From assembly GCA_028534125.1 (NCBI GenBank), contig CM052816.1, positions 60,948,001 through 61,012,000 of the forward strand: 64,000 bases of DNA, written 5' to 3'. The notes beneath the pieces were generated by a model. That model was given only the letters and a program-made list of their open reading frames with translations, was not told the origin of the DNA and did not search any database. The DNA comes from Lama glama (taxonomy: Eukaryota). The position numbers and the translations under genes are program-made. Position 1 is the stretch's first letter. Every line of letters starts with the position of its first letter. Positions 13,276 through 26,785 of the stretch are shown here, piece after piece.

Positions 13276-14845
13276 CTCTTAATTCCCAGTATCAGCAGCA
13301 TCATCACTATTAACAATTAACAGAAATGTAAACTCTAAATCTTTATTCCAAGGTCAAATGAACTTCCACAAGTATGCCTTATATAATTAAAACTCATCCT
13401 GATAGTAATATTTTCATGAATTAAGTTAAAACAATAATCTATAAAAGAAATATAGTTAAATGCTTGTGATGTGCTATGAAACTAGAAAAATCTCCAGACA
13501 GTCCTCAATCAACAATGAAGTCTTGTTTACAAAACACATTTTTCAATTAGTTAAAATTTATTTCCCAAAAGCTAATTTTCAACTGAACCACTCCACTCAT
13601 CTATTATATGGCTTTAAAAATTATACATTTATCTTCATACCACATTTTTAATACAGGAAGATAATTCAGTTTGTTGAAATGTTTATCATTAATAACCTAA
13701 GAGACAGAAGGGTCAAGTAGTACAGTATCACGGCAAAACTGCAAAATTTAACAACATTTTTAGTCCATTTACAGACATCCACAAGGGTAATGTTTTTAAA
13801 AAGGGCCTCTGCTTCTATGTACTTAAAATTAATATAATACAGAATATAATGATTTTGTTTTCTTCAAACAGTGCTTTCCAGCCTTAATTAAGTAAAAAAA
13901 AAAAAAAACTCCCTTAAAAAATTAAGCATAGTCTTAACAAACGTTAATAACAAAAAAAAATGCACTGATTGCTTCACTTCCTACCTTATCCTGTGGGTCC
14001 TCAGAGTTTGAAAGTCACTGCTCAAGAGTAATTACTTTATTTCAATTTTGACATTAAATATTTCATGTCTACCTCACTTACTAGTCACCTAAAAGTTTTC
14101 TGATTAGGAATGCTAAACGCATCAAGTCAAGAGCAAATCTAATCCAATCAAAGATAAAGATTTAAGTTATTGTTAGCAGTTCTCGTTTTAGCATAATGTG
14201 TGAAATTGCATTTATAAATTAAACTGTAAATAAATGGCAACTTACCATCATGATGCATCAAAGTTCATTTGTAACTCAGTTGTTTCCCATTAAAATATTA
14301 TAAAATGTCTTATAGTTGCTATGCTGGTCTGTAAAGGTTACTTAACTTTAAAATATAATAAAGAGTACTACCCACCTTTACTAATACTGTCCCAGTGGAA
14401 AAAAAAAACACATAAAAATTCGGACAAAATGGAAACACATCTTCCCAGACCTAGCCAAGGTCCCTTCTTTCCTCCTACAGAGAGAAGGGAAGGAACAGGG
14501 GAAGGGTCAGGGGCTCTAGAAGGATCTGAGAACATGAAGAAGGGGGAAGCCTTCAAGAGCAGGGTCTCCAGCAACTCACACTCCTGGCTAAGTCTGGCAG
14601 GTCAGAACCAGAACTGAGGATATCCAATCCCACCAGCAGGGAGGGGAAGTCAAGAAATGCCTGCCATCTGCTACTGATTGGGTGGGGAATGGAGCTTCTC
14701 AAGTCAAATGGTTTGGGGCAAGAAATTTTTTTTCTTTTTAACAGAATACAGTATATCTCTTTTGTATTTGTTTATGAACTCAGTAAACATTTCCTACACT
14801 TCTATACATCATATATAAAAATAGCATATGCTTACAAAAAAGATA

Positions 14846-15142
14846 TAGGCATACATCAGAGATACTGCAAGCTTGGCTCCAGACAATCACAATGTGAACG
14901 ATATGAATTTTTTGGTTTCCCAGTGCATATGCAAGTTATATTTACTCTATACTGTAGTCTGTTAAGTATGCAACAGCATTATGTCTTTAAAAAATGTACA
15001 TTTCTTAAATAAAAATATTTTATTGCTAAAAAATGTAACCATCATCTGACAATGCAGAGTTGCCACAAAACTTCAATTTGCTGAAAATCACAGTATCTGT
15101 GAAGCACAATAAAGCAGAATTCAATAAAACAACGTATGCCTC
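14846..15142. mobile_element. Non-autonomous Tigger1 derivative (MITE, Tigger1a-like)
   Basis: Both Tigger1 ends ((T)AGGCATAC...GTATGCCT) joined in ~300 bp; homologous to the ends of 47997-50284. Confidence 0.8.
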
Positions 15143-16879
15143 TGTGTGTGTGCACATGTGTATGCCAAGAACAACTAATTTCTAATGCTATGTAATTAGA
15201 CAGACCTCCAAAAAATAACTCCTACTAAAATAATGAACAAATTTCATTTTAGACTGACTAACCCTTCCCCCACAAACCCTCGGAAGGTGAAAATACTCAA
15301 ATATACTTGAAATGATGAGTAAAAACCTTAAAGTAGATAATTAAATTCTTCGTCCCAAAAGAGAAAGCTTCACAGAAATTATCAAGGAAACAATGATGTT
15401 AATCATCAAATGTTGCTTTTCTTCCAGACTTAGATAACCACTAAGGTATTATTAGAGCATGGTTCTTATAACAACACAAAGTGAGATTCAAGTCACTGGT
15501 CTTTTTCTTCCTCAGGTAAGTTATTACTCTTCAGCTCAATTCTGTATTTTCTTGATCTCAAAGATCTTAACTTCACTACCCTGTCAACCTACAGAAATAC
15601 CCATAATCTAGTACCAATGCTTCTATACCATTTTCCTTCTCTAATTCTGGTACCGCTACGCTGCCTTATTCCTTGTAGAGAAAACAACTTCCTTCTTCTG
15701 GATGTGAATTGGCCTTACCATAAGGCCTTGGATGGAGATAGTAAAACCATATCCCAAAAGAAAATCTGCAAGCGATTTTGTAATAGAGAAGTCCACCAGC
15801 GTACAGCTAAAAGTATAAGTTGCTAAAGTCTAAAAACATATTTTTCTATCTCACCGCTTCAATCCCTGTGACTGTCACAAAAAACAGACTAAACTGAGTC
15901 TAAGCTGATGAGGTTCAAGATATAGCATACTGGATCCTTTTTTCCCTCCCCTCAAGCCCTCCTCCTTCTCTAATACTCCCAACAACATGCACACACACAT
16001 GGACAGTTTTCTCTGCCTCTTCTCTTTGGAGAGACTATGAGTATGTATGTACATATAACACACAATTAGGATCCACTATACATTTTCACATTTCACTTCA
16101 ACAGCCCCCTTCACAACTTGAAAAAGACAATAAAACTTATTATTTTAGACATGATTCTTAACAGTACTTTCAATTAAGATGGCGTTGCAAGTTTACATTT
16201 TGAGATTCCCCTTTGTACCAAACACAACACAAAATATTCAGAAACAAATTGAAATGACAAAGTTGTGCTCAAAAATAAGATAAAGAGAACAGAAATAGAG
16301 CCTAAGCATAGTACAATAGTTGCAGTTAAAGCTGCAAGTTACTCCTGTGTTTCAGATCCCAAAGTGGGTGGAGGCCGCTCTTATCACCAAGAGTACAAGG
16401 ACTTAAAGTACCCCACTTGACACACAGTAATGGAGATAGGTAACTATGTGAAATCAAGATCTGAGGTGGTACTCCCTAGACCTTGAGGGAACTGGGGGAA
16501 GAAAACAATAAAAAAGCTGTGACTTCAGCAATATTTTCAGCAGCATCATGCGTATGTTCCCTTTTCTCAACATGAAGAATGGAAAGTTTCTGCCAGTTCT
16601 GCACGATACTAGTTTACTCTTAGAGATATTAGGAATAGAACATCTTAAGATAGAAAGCCAACTTCTAAAACTGCAAATTAGCTGAAATAATTTAAAAATT
16701 ATATATTAACTAGAGAAAATTTCATTCTTAAATACAAGCAATATTTAATGGTAATCATACTTCCCGGTGAACAACACTGGAATTTTTAAATTCTGATATT
16801 TAGATAAAAACTCAGAAAATCTTAACTACTACAAATACAAAACCGAAAAAAGTTTAAATATGACAGCAGAAATTCTCAC

Positions 16880-16994
16880 CTGTGTTTTGACTGTGATCTC
16901 TTTCTTCTAGAACGGGATTTTGAGCTAGACCTGGATTTTGAACGAGTATGTGAACGAGATCGACCGCCTTTTCTTTCATTGCTCTTTCCAGACT
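16880..16994 (-). CDS. SREK1: SREK1 coding exon 7 (RS domain)
   Basis: ESGKSNERKGGRSRSHTRSKSRSSSKSRSRRKRSQSKH(R); cccag| and AG|gtgaga; 115 nt. Confidence 0.95.
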
Positions 16995-17873
16995 CTGGGA
17001 GGAAAAAACCACTTTGCAGTGTAAGCTCAGAACAATTAAAGATCCCAGTTAATAATCAGGCACAAGTGGAATGTACCACATATAGTGCAAGGGGCCTACT
17101 CTCTGTACATCCTCCTCCTGTGCAATTATCCTTCAGAAACATCCAAGAAAGTCATTGCATAAACTCGTTGAGTGCAGCCACCCTGCAGCAGTACATATAA
17201 ACCAGATGATTATAAACAGCTGTTCGTAATATTTTGTTGCTGCCATAATGTACGATTATAACATGTCTGTAATTCCTATGACAGTGATTTTAAATCCTTT
17301 CTCCATGTATTTTCCTAGAACTGAAGCTTAAATTCTGAGTGCTAATTTAGAAAATTTCCTCAAATGTAAACCATCTAGACATTTTTAGCTTGGATTTTTA
17401 ATTTCAGTTAGCAACGCAAAAGTTTAAATAGGTGTTCCTTTACCTTGCTAAAACAGAGTCTCCATATGTTTCCTAATCATCGGCGCTCTATTTTTAAAAT
17501 AAAACTTTGAAGGAAAAGTGAATCTGCTTAATCATTAACATTATAAATATACTTATTCTTGCTTTTAGCCTCAGAATAACATTTATACTTTTGCTTTCAG
17601 CAAATCAGTTCTGAGCACTGATTTTGCTATTAAAATACAAAGAACTTACTGACTCCAGCTAATATATATCTCAATTCAGTATCATGGGGAAAGACCTGTG
17701 TGCTAAATAGTTCTCTGACCTTTAACACTAGTTAAGTCACTTACTCTTTCTTGAGTTTCAGTCGTCTTGTTTGTAAAATGAAGGGACTGAGCAAGATCAT
17801 TTCTAAAATTCCTCCCAGTTCTAAGAGTCTATGACCTCAAACTACAATCTGTGTAACAGCACTGAGGTCTTAC

Positions 17874-18004
17874 CTGGTTCGATAGCTGCTGAGATAAAGG
17901 ACTGAGCCTCCCGTACTCGCTTCATTACTTCTTCTAACTCCTTAGCTGCAGCCTGAGGTGTCATCTCAGGGGGCTTTACTATTGCATTGTTGGAGTGATT
18001 TATT
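17874..18004 (-). CDS. SREK1: SREK1 coding exon 6
   Basis: INHSNNAIVKPPEMTPQAAAKELEEVMKRVREAQSFISAAIEP; tttag| and G|gtaaga; 131 nt. Confidence 0.95.
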
Positions 18005-18112
18005 CTAAATTAAAAATATTAGCATATCACAAACACACCATATCTTACAAAACATGAAACAAATGTTTATATGATACACATACTTACAAATCTGGTATCT
18101 CAAAAACACACT

Positions 18113-18190
18113 AAGATTCAATCCCCAGTACCTCCAGTAAATAAATAAACCTATAGTTACCTCCCCCTCAAAAAAAAGTTTTTTAAAAAG
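18113..18190 (+). mobile_element. 5'-truncated tRNA-derived SINE
   Basis: TTCAATCCCCAGTACCTCC...AAATAAACCT...TTACCTCCCC matches the 3' half of the other copies. Confidence 0.7.
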
Positions 18191-19277
18191 CACAATAAGA
18201 ATATAGCCAAATACAGAATAACCAAAACCAACCTCAAAACCACGATTAATCTCATTTCCACCTGCCATCATCTATTGCTAACAAAGGCAAAAGCAAGGGA
18301 GAAAAAAAGAAAAACTGAACCCTCAATAGTCTTTAACAAACTGAATAGATCAGGACAAGTGCTTTTCCACACAGCTTAGAATTATAATCAATTAAAATGG
18401 TAATGCCAATATTAAAATGAATCATTTCTATCTCAAATTGTAAGATTTTTGTTGATAACTTCTGCACCCTGAGAGAATGAAGGGGAAACTATATAAAATG
18501 TGTACCATTTTAATCAACCCTGGACAATGGCTAAGTCACACAACTTCAAAAGGGGGAGGCATCTGATAAAACTCTTTTCCTTACAGGTAAGAGTGGTTTC
18601 TCCGATGCACATAAATGAATTTGGTGTGTCCCTCTTTACTCTTTCCATGGTGAAAAGGGAAGCATTCGCTAAGAATAGTTATTTATCCTTTAATAGCATA
18701 CATTATATAATTAACACAATCACCTACACAATTCAGATAAAACTGTTGCCTCAATTATCTACCTGAAATAGAATTTCTGGTCTTGAGTATCTGAAAAGCT
18801 ACATCAATTTTTCATTTTACAAACAAGCACGTGCGCAAACCTTAAAACTCAAAAAGTATGATTTGAAACATTTTTGGGTACTTTTATTTTCTTCCCAAGA
18901 TTTTGTATTTACCAAAATTCTTATTACTATATTCCTGTAAGTTTAACCCATATGTTAAATTGCCCATTATACTAGTGCAGTAACGCAAAACAAATCTAAC
19001 TTTTTAAAGCTTATGGAAAAAGACCTATGACTGATAAGTATAGTACATAAATGTTAACATTAAATTAGACCTTATAAAACAGAAAATGTCTTCAAACGCA
19101 ACTTTAACTTAAAGCCTAAAATGGTAAGTATCTCATTTGTTTCATTCATACTTAACACAAAGTCTTCCTTTCCACAAATTGCCAATTACTATTAAAAAGA
19201 AAAAAAAATCTTAATTACATCAAAATACTTCAAATTTTTTCAAAATCAATAGAATTTCTTTGTTTAGGGTTTCTTAC

Positions 19278-19456
19278 TTCAGTGGCCTGTCTCCAAACAT
19301 AACTCCATTAAAAGCAAGGGCCCTTGGTACAGAATTTTGGTCTGCAAATTCCACAAAAGCAAACCGAGTTGGCTGAGTCTCATCACCTGCCATCCGCACA
19401 AACTTCACTTCTCCAACTTGTTTAAAAAACTCAAGTAGTTGATCAGCTGTCGTTGT
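19278..19456 (-). CDS. SREK1: SREK1 coding exon 5 (RRM2 core)
   Basis: TTTADQLLEFFKQVGEVKFVRMAGDETQPTRFAFVEFADQNSVPRALAFNGVMFGDRPLK with RNP1-like RFAFVEF; ttcag| and |gtaaga; 179 nt. Confidence 0.97.
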
Positions 19457-19591
19457 CTGAAACAAAGTAACACTTTAATAAAGTATATTCTTTAAAAATC
19501 CAGTAAATATTACTTTATCAATTGATACGATTCTTTAAGAAAGGAAAAAGAATAAGAGGTCCTACTACTCAATTCTTCTTAAATTAGTTAC

Positions 19592-19756
19592 CTGGGAATT
19601 CAAATTGCCCACATAGACTGTTCTCCTAATTTCGTCAATTTTGGAAGGATCTACATTTCCCATAAGTGGTGGCTGTGGTATCTCTCCAAGTGTTGCAATG
19701 TTAGGGTCTAGTGCTGCTGCTGGTATAGCTCCCAAACTGCTAAGGGAAACACCCAG
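19592..19756 (-). CDS. SREK1: SREK1 coding exon 4 (linker, start of RRM2)
   Basis: LGVSLSSLGAIPAAALDPNIATLGEIPQPPLMGNVDPSKIDEIRRTVYVGNLNSQ; poly-T tract then aatag|, donor CAG|gtaact; 165 nt. Confidence 0.95.
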
Positions 19757-19998
19757 CTATTAAAAAAAAAAAAAAAAAGCACATATTTTCTGTTAGTATC
19801 AAGAATTACCTTTCTCTAATCTTGAAAAGTACTGATCAACTCAATAAGAATGAGAAAAGACTAGAGAGTTCTAACTTTAAGCCACACATGTATATGAATT
19901 ATTGAGCGTGAGATTATAGTAGTTTTCAATGTAATTAGAAATACAACATTTCTTAACTATCTGGATATTTTAATTACTTTTAAGCTTGACACTAAAAA

Positions 19999-20646
19999 CA
20001 GTCAACTCTGATTATTTGCAGTAATTACATCCTATAAAGTTTGCCATGAACACTGAATTACTAAATACTGAATCACGGTTCCTAGGGCAAATAGAGGGCT
20101 AGGTTCCTGCAAGCCTCTGGTCACAATAATTTTACCAAGCAATAAATACATGACCTTGTTTTACATGTGTTTCTGGATTTTCTTTTTTAAGGATACCTTA
20201 TTTAATATATATTATTCACTCATTAACATTAAACTCATGGCAAAAAGCAGTATCAACTCATGCCTCATGAACGAACCCTATCTTACACAAGTATTTTCTC
20301 TGTAAGGCACGTCACAGCCTTCCAGTGCTTAGAAACACTGAACAGAACTTTAGTACTATGCCCGCGGGCTAATTTAAATCACCATTATCACCAACACAAA
20401 GAACAAAAATACGAAAAACATGGCACTAAGGGACCACCAAAAAAGCCCAGTTATTTTACAGCATTAAGGCTAAAACAAGAAGGCAGAGTGTTACTCTGTT
20501 TGACCTCATCTGGGAATGTACATATCAAGCAATTCAAATTTCAAATCATTCTGTCTGTGTTGATGAATGACTGCAAAAGCACAAGTTTTGAGGTTTCAAA
20601 TAAATTTTAGCTAGTCTGTAAATTCACAAATAATGAGAATCAACTG
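19999..20646. mobile_element. MER82 (TcMar-Tigger family)
   Basis: CAGTCAACTCTGATTATT...AATAATGAGAATCAACTG TIRs followed by TA; internal AGGTTCCTGCAAGCCTCTGGTCACAA; ~650 bp. Confidence 0.75.
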
Positions 20647-22056
20647 TACCTTGGGCATTCAACAACACTATGTGAGTTCCTAACAGTAAGTAATAATCAA
20701 AGCACCTAATTTTTGCTAGGCTATTAACTTAATCTTCATACCAACTCTAAGAAAAAGGTATTACTATTATGCTAATATCACCAATAAATACAAAAACAGA
20801 GAAATTAAATAATTTTCCCAAGGCTACTTAGCTAACAAGTGTTTAACCATCATGCATAGACTAAAATTAAAAGATAAGTTTACCTAAGAAAAGAAACCTT
20901 TCAAAAAAATTACTTATACTATGGCAGAAAAAAGACAAAAACCTCTGAATGATCTTTCATAACATTACTAAAATCAGTGTTTAGTTCAAGCATTAAGAAA
21001 CATGTTTTTAATGTGACTTTAAACTAGAAAATATAGAAAATCTCAGAGTTTGAAAATGAGAAACTTTGCAGAATTAACAGACTTTTCAAAGAAAGAAAAA
21101 AAAAACACTGCAACTTTCATTTCCACCTAGGCAATTTAAGTCAACTAAGTCAACTGGCTTATATATATTGTTACACTGTTACAAAACTACTAAAATTTAA
21201 CAATTGTTAAGCAACAGTACTTCCTAAAAGTGAAAATACTAGTTTATGAAGTAAGTAACACTATGCTTGTCATAGCAGCCAGTGTGTGATCTTTTTAAGA
21301 CCTGTCAAACCATGTTTAACTCCTGCTTAAAACCCATTAGAATAAAATCCAAACTTCTTTCCGTGGCCTAAAAAGCAAGGCCTACATACATCAGTGCCTA
21401 TCTACCCCTCCAATCCCCAAACACCTACTTCCGCCCTCCCCAACTATGCTTCACAACGATGCTGACTGCCATCCCGCCATTCTATGTACCTTGAAGACAC
21501 AAGTTTTTCTCACTTTATGGCTTTTCACTTGGTGTTCCTCCTGCCCTAGAAAGGTGTCCCCTAGCTTCTGCCGGCTGAGTTCTTCAATCATCAGGTTTAT
21601 CATTCCCCTCCAAGAGGCTTTGCCCGAACTTATTTATAGCCTCATTTACTCCTTACCACATTACTCCGTTTTTTTTCCTTCATAGTATTAATATTCTGTG
21701 GGATACTGCTATTAACAAATCTCAGATTTTTGCTATCACCACTTCAAATTATCATAAAGTTGTAAAAATATCTTAGTTGAAAACAGGTAAGTGATCTACT
21801 GTCTCTACACATGTTGCTCCTGTAATCACACTCCTTCTTCCCTGACAACCTGTCTTTGATAGTCTAACAGAGATGACTGAGGGTCACATCTTTCTTTTTT
21901 TCCTACTGTGGAAGACAATTATTATACGTAGTTAAGCTAAACCACAAATGTGTGTCTTACTATTTGTTAGTTTTGCATGGAAATAAAACTAAATAGGCCT
22001 TTTCAGGTATCCCCAGCTGTCAATCCCTCTGACCTACAAATTTCTCCACTGGGACA

Positions 22057-22246
22057 TACTGCTATTTAATATGTAGTCACCAATCATATATGGCTATTTG
22101 AATTTTAATTAAAAATCAGTGCCTCAGTCACACTAGCCACATTCCAAGTGTTCAATAGTCACATGTTGCTAGTGGCTATGACACTTGATAGTACAGTACA
22201 GATATTTCCATCATAGTACCAAGTTCTACTGGATGTGGCTGCTCTA
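22057..22246. mobile_element. MER3 (hAT-Charlie)
   Basis: CCTCAGTCACACTAGCCACATTCCAAGTGTTCAATAGTCACATGTTGCTAGTGGCT. Confidence 0.75.
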
Positions 22247-23704
22247 ATAATTCAATTACCCTTCTTTAGCTCAGTCTGTTTCCCAGCCCTGGTCTAAAGG
22301 GCCTTAGTATTTAGGCTGCCCTTTTGGTCTCTAATGGGTTGGAGATGATCTCAACTCTCGATACACCACTTTTGCCTTCTGACATAGAAATCTTGGCCTC
22401 TCTGAAAATGTGACTTTTAAGTAGAAACCTATGAAACGTTTCACTCTTATGAAAGAGTGAATCTTTTTAATGTTCTGAGAAGAGAATAAACAAATACAAA
22501 AGCTCTAAGGCAGAAAAATGTTTGGCATATCCAAGAAATAAAACCAAAGCGGCCGAAGTTGAGGGGAGCCAGGGAAACAGGTAGGGAAAAAAGGTCAGAG
22601 CCAAATTACAGTGGGTCACCTTTCCCCTCTTTTCTAACTAAAACTCTTCTTTATAAATTAAGTTTTATAATAACAGATATCCACAGCTGAATGAAAAGGA
22701 AATCATTTGCCCTCAAAGCAACAAATTAAATAATAAAAACTTTATATTGTTGATAAATAAACCCTAAGAATTTTCAAGATACCAAGACAATATTTTCTGG
22801 GAAAGGGAGAAAAAGGTGGTAATCCAGGAATTAATGTTAGAATATACCAAAACATACCCAAAATAAAATTTCTAGAAAGCCCAATTCAAATGATTAATGT
22901 TCAGTTAAAAAGCATCTTTCTCCCATGGATCACCATAAAGGGCTCTAGCAGAACAATGTCATGTAAAAATTAAAAGACCTAAAATTTTGCAATTCTGAGT
23001 CAGAAACTACTTTTCTAACTTGGATAAATAAACTACAATCAAAAGTTTATTGGTTTATTCCCAATAACCCAGTACCAAAAAGCTAGATACAACTTTCAAT
23101 TAAAGTGAGTTTTGTATTTTGTCTTGGGTTCATTTTTGAAGAAAATAAATGACCAGAATCTTTTATATAAACAAGAACCCAGTAATAGCAAACCTTTTTT
23201 AACTCCACTTGGAAATCACAAAGGAGGCATTAAGTTATTATTTAATTCTGCAAAGTTAGTGAAAAAATGTTTTTACCATGTTATATTTTCTCAGTGACAG
23301 ACAAATGCTTGCTATATTTTTTCCCATTACCAAGGTTGTGAATTAATTCCTATTTTTCAGATGGATTTAGTCCTCATGACTTGGGAAATACAGTTACCTA
23401 GATTCTCCAATTCCCCATGCTATCTAAAATGCTGAGTTTCAATCACCAATATTCCAATGAATAATATATTCTCAAATTTAAATGAATCCCAATTACTTCA
23501 GAAGCGATTCCAAAAGGCAGCTCAAGTCAGTGATAACATGGGGTAAAAAATCAAGCAGACATTTCTAATCCTCTCCATTTGCAAAAAAATGATTCAAAAT
23601 AGAATGCTTTCTAAGCTTCAAAAAAAAAAAAGTTTTCTAAACTCTTTATTCAACTGATTACATACGTGAATGTTCCCTGTTAGAAGAGGGTGCATCATAC
23701 TTAC

Positions 23705-23820
23705 CGTAGTCAAGGGATTTGGAGTCGGTATGGGAAGCAAGCCTGCACCAGGCATCAGACTGGTCATGGTTGGAGCAGGAGCCAACAAAGAGAGGGCTTT
23801 GGATTCCTCTGGGATTTTAC
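23705..23820 (-). CDS. SREK1: SREK1 coding exon 3 (contains the downstream ATG at 23767 of the short MTSLMPG isoform)
   Basis: GKIPEESKALSLLAPAPTMTSLMPGAGLLPIPTPNPLTT; ctgcag| and |gtaagt; 116 nt. Confidence 0.96.
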
Positions 23821-24106
23821 CTGCAGAGGCAAGTTCCAAACATTACAGAAAGCAGAAACACCACACAAACTTTACACTATGATTTTACAATTACCCTTGC
23901 ACTTAAAAAATAATAATAATAAATGAATCTATCTATCAGATCCGTATAAAGAAATAAATAAGAACTTAAGTCTTTCCTTTTATCCTGCTCTACTAGGAAA
24001 AATAAAAGTGAGCAAAACTTCAAAGACTAACAATTTCATTAATGGAATATTATTTTAAAAATTGAATAATGTAGACAATTATTTAACACTTTGAGCTATG
24101 GGTCAC

Positions 24107-24230
24107 CTGTACTGGAAACTTAATGTTCATGAACCAAACGATATCAAGCATGGACGCTTTCCCAGGACGGTGTTTTCGCGGTGATCGAAAGTTGTGTTAC
24201 ACATGACAACCGTTCGTGTTGGCTGCATCA
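24107..24230 (-). other. SREK1: Candidate 124-nt poison cassette exon in SREK1 intron 2
   Basis: Branch-point-like CTGAT, pyrimidine tract and ctattag| acceptor; CAG|gtgacc donor; in-frame TGA at 24127-24129 after exon 2; 8 CpG in 124 nt. Confidence 0.65.
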
Positions 24231-26753
24231 CTAATAGCACACAGAACATCAGATACAGAAAAGAAGAACATTTTTTAAAGTTTAATCCCCAGAAATGGCA
24301 AATAACCAAATTAGTCAAAAAAAAGAAAAAGAAAAAAACAAATATGTGCGAATTGAAATTTGTTCCTGAGTGTCCCTGTTAACTGAAACTACCTACTTGT
24401 GATGAAAACAGTTTTGATAACCTTGCAATAGATTCCATTCAATTTCAAGTAGACACAAACAAAAGCCTACTGCATGTCACCAGCTTCAACTGAAAAGGAA
24501 ACCTACACCCACTCGGTTAATAAGGCATCTCACTAACAATGTCAGAAATGCCTAAAAGAACTCAATTCCAAAGAATATGCCTTGGGAAACTGCTAACACT
24601 TTTGAAAATGACTGACAAAAAAAGTTCCCTAGTCTCAAGGGAACTTCTTATATTATTGACTTGTAGGACCCATTTATGTATACTTATCTGAAGAGGGGTG
24701 GGTAATACTTAAATATCTTGCTTATAAACATCTTAACTGCCCAACAGTAATAACAATAACAAAATAATCTTAGACACTAAAAAGAAAAAGAAATCCCTAT
24801 GACTAAAAAGTAAAATTTATTCTGAAATAAGTCCATCAATTTGTCATATTTAATTAATGAATTCTAACCAATTAACTTTGATAAGGACTGCAACTTTCAC
24901 ACATTTTTTTTCTGGTCCTTTCTCTCAACCCCTCCAAAAAGAAAATTTCTAAAATGTTGACTACATACAGCTATTTTAAAAGAACTACTATAATTATGTG
25001 GCAGTTGCCTACACATTTCCATTACAAATTCTTCAAAAGTAATTTAAAACACAGTGTATAAAGTCACGCTAAATTGAAAACAGCATGTGCAGTAAATTTT
25101 CAAAAAGCACCATGCTGGTTTCTGTGGTAAAAATTCTACTGAAAACCGCCAGATGTGCAGGGATGAATCTCTAAACAAAATTATCTGAATGCATTTCTAA
25201 ACACGGATGGAATTCAAGATAAATTTTTAAATTTTCTTTAAATAATGGTTATAACTTATAAAATACAAATAGAAAAATTACATTTTATTAGCGTTAGCAA
25301 ATGTCTACTTATTTCTAACCTTTGCAAATCTAAGTCTATATTACATTTGCTAATTTCAAAAACAAAGTTATTTTACTATTTCAGGGTAAATTCTGCATAA
25401 GCACAAATTTTAACATGCATAAAGATAAATAAAAGGTAGGTAGGCCTTATTGAAAAACATCAAATAACAATATTTTCTATTTATTAGTTACTAGCATTAA
25501 CACAATTATCTGTATACTCACATATATACTGTACTATTTATTGCTATTAGACCTGTTTTATCTGCCATAAATAGGTATTACTTTTTAAATGTTTACATAA
25601 CCTGAACATATCTTAATAAATAAACTGAACTCCTAAGGTGGAAACCCTATGCTTCACTGCCCTAATTTGAGCACCTAGAAAACAAATAAAGGGTTCCAAG
25701 CTAGTAATGTCCCCCATTTAACATTACTTGTCAATTAAATAAGCAAAACTATCCATACAAGACAGTGTAGAAGGACTACACAAACAAAAAGGTTATTCAA
25801 CACAGGCCAAAAGTTGATTATAATAATATAAAGTCTTTCACTGCTGTCTTAAAAAAGTATCACTAGATTGTCTGACTCTCAGTGCCTTTCACAGTATAAT
25901 AAACTATTGTAAGTATTAAGTCTAACTATAAGTATAATATATTTTTTCTTATTCTAATTACCATTAAAGATGCTTTAAGAAAAAAGTTCCATTCGCTTAA
26001 TTCCAAGATAGAATTCAACCAAATGTACCTTCTAAATACTATCAGCATGTATAAAGTATAAAACAAATCAGCATTTAGCATTTTCCCCAAACTACCCTCC
26101 TCAAAGAGAAAAAAAAATCTCTCACTTGTCCTAATCTCAGAATCCATTTAGAAACTAGTAATCTCTGAACATTTTCAACAAAATATTCAAGCAAAGAGAG
26201 AAATACACACAAGTATTCAACAGTTTCTCAAATATCCAGTCCCCACATAGGCAACTAAAAGTCTTTTTAAGTCAAGAAAGTAACTTATTGTCTACAATAA
26301 GTAACTATCATAAAAGTGAAAAGTCTCTTCTTGTCCTCTACCCCCAGATTGTTATAAGAAATTTAACTTATTTTCCTTGATGATTTTGTATGCCTAAAAT
26401 TCTAGGGGTAAAGATGAAAATTAGAAGCTATCAGTTGGTTTTTATGAGAGATGCAGGCTTGGGAGAAAACTGCACAAATGTTACACTGAGATCAAAGAGT
26501 GTCCTAAGAATCTCATCAGTGTTTTAGGGTTTCAAGCACAAAATGCACCTGATCAGTCTATAAACACCAATTAAGACTGGCACTGAGCTTCACAATACTG
26601 TACCCTAATTTACTGTGAAAATTTACTTTGTTAAGGTTGAGCTCTACTAATCAACTCCCAATACAATTCGCAATGCAATGTTATGAACCCTTAATGGAAT
26701 ACCATTTACAAAGAACTGGAAAACCAGCTCACAAGTTAAAGTAAAGAGATTTA

Positions 26754-26785
26754 ACAAAACAAAAACAAAAACAAAAACAAAAAAA
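26754..26785. repeat. (CAAAAA)n simple repeat
   Basis: aacaaaacaaaaacaaaaacaaaaacaaaaaaa. Confidence 0.85.
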
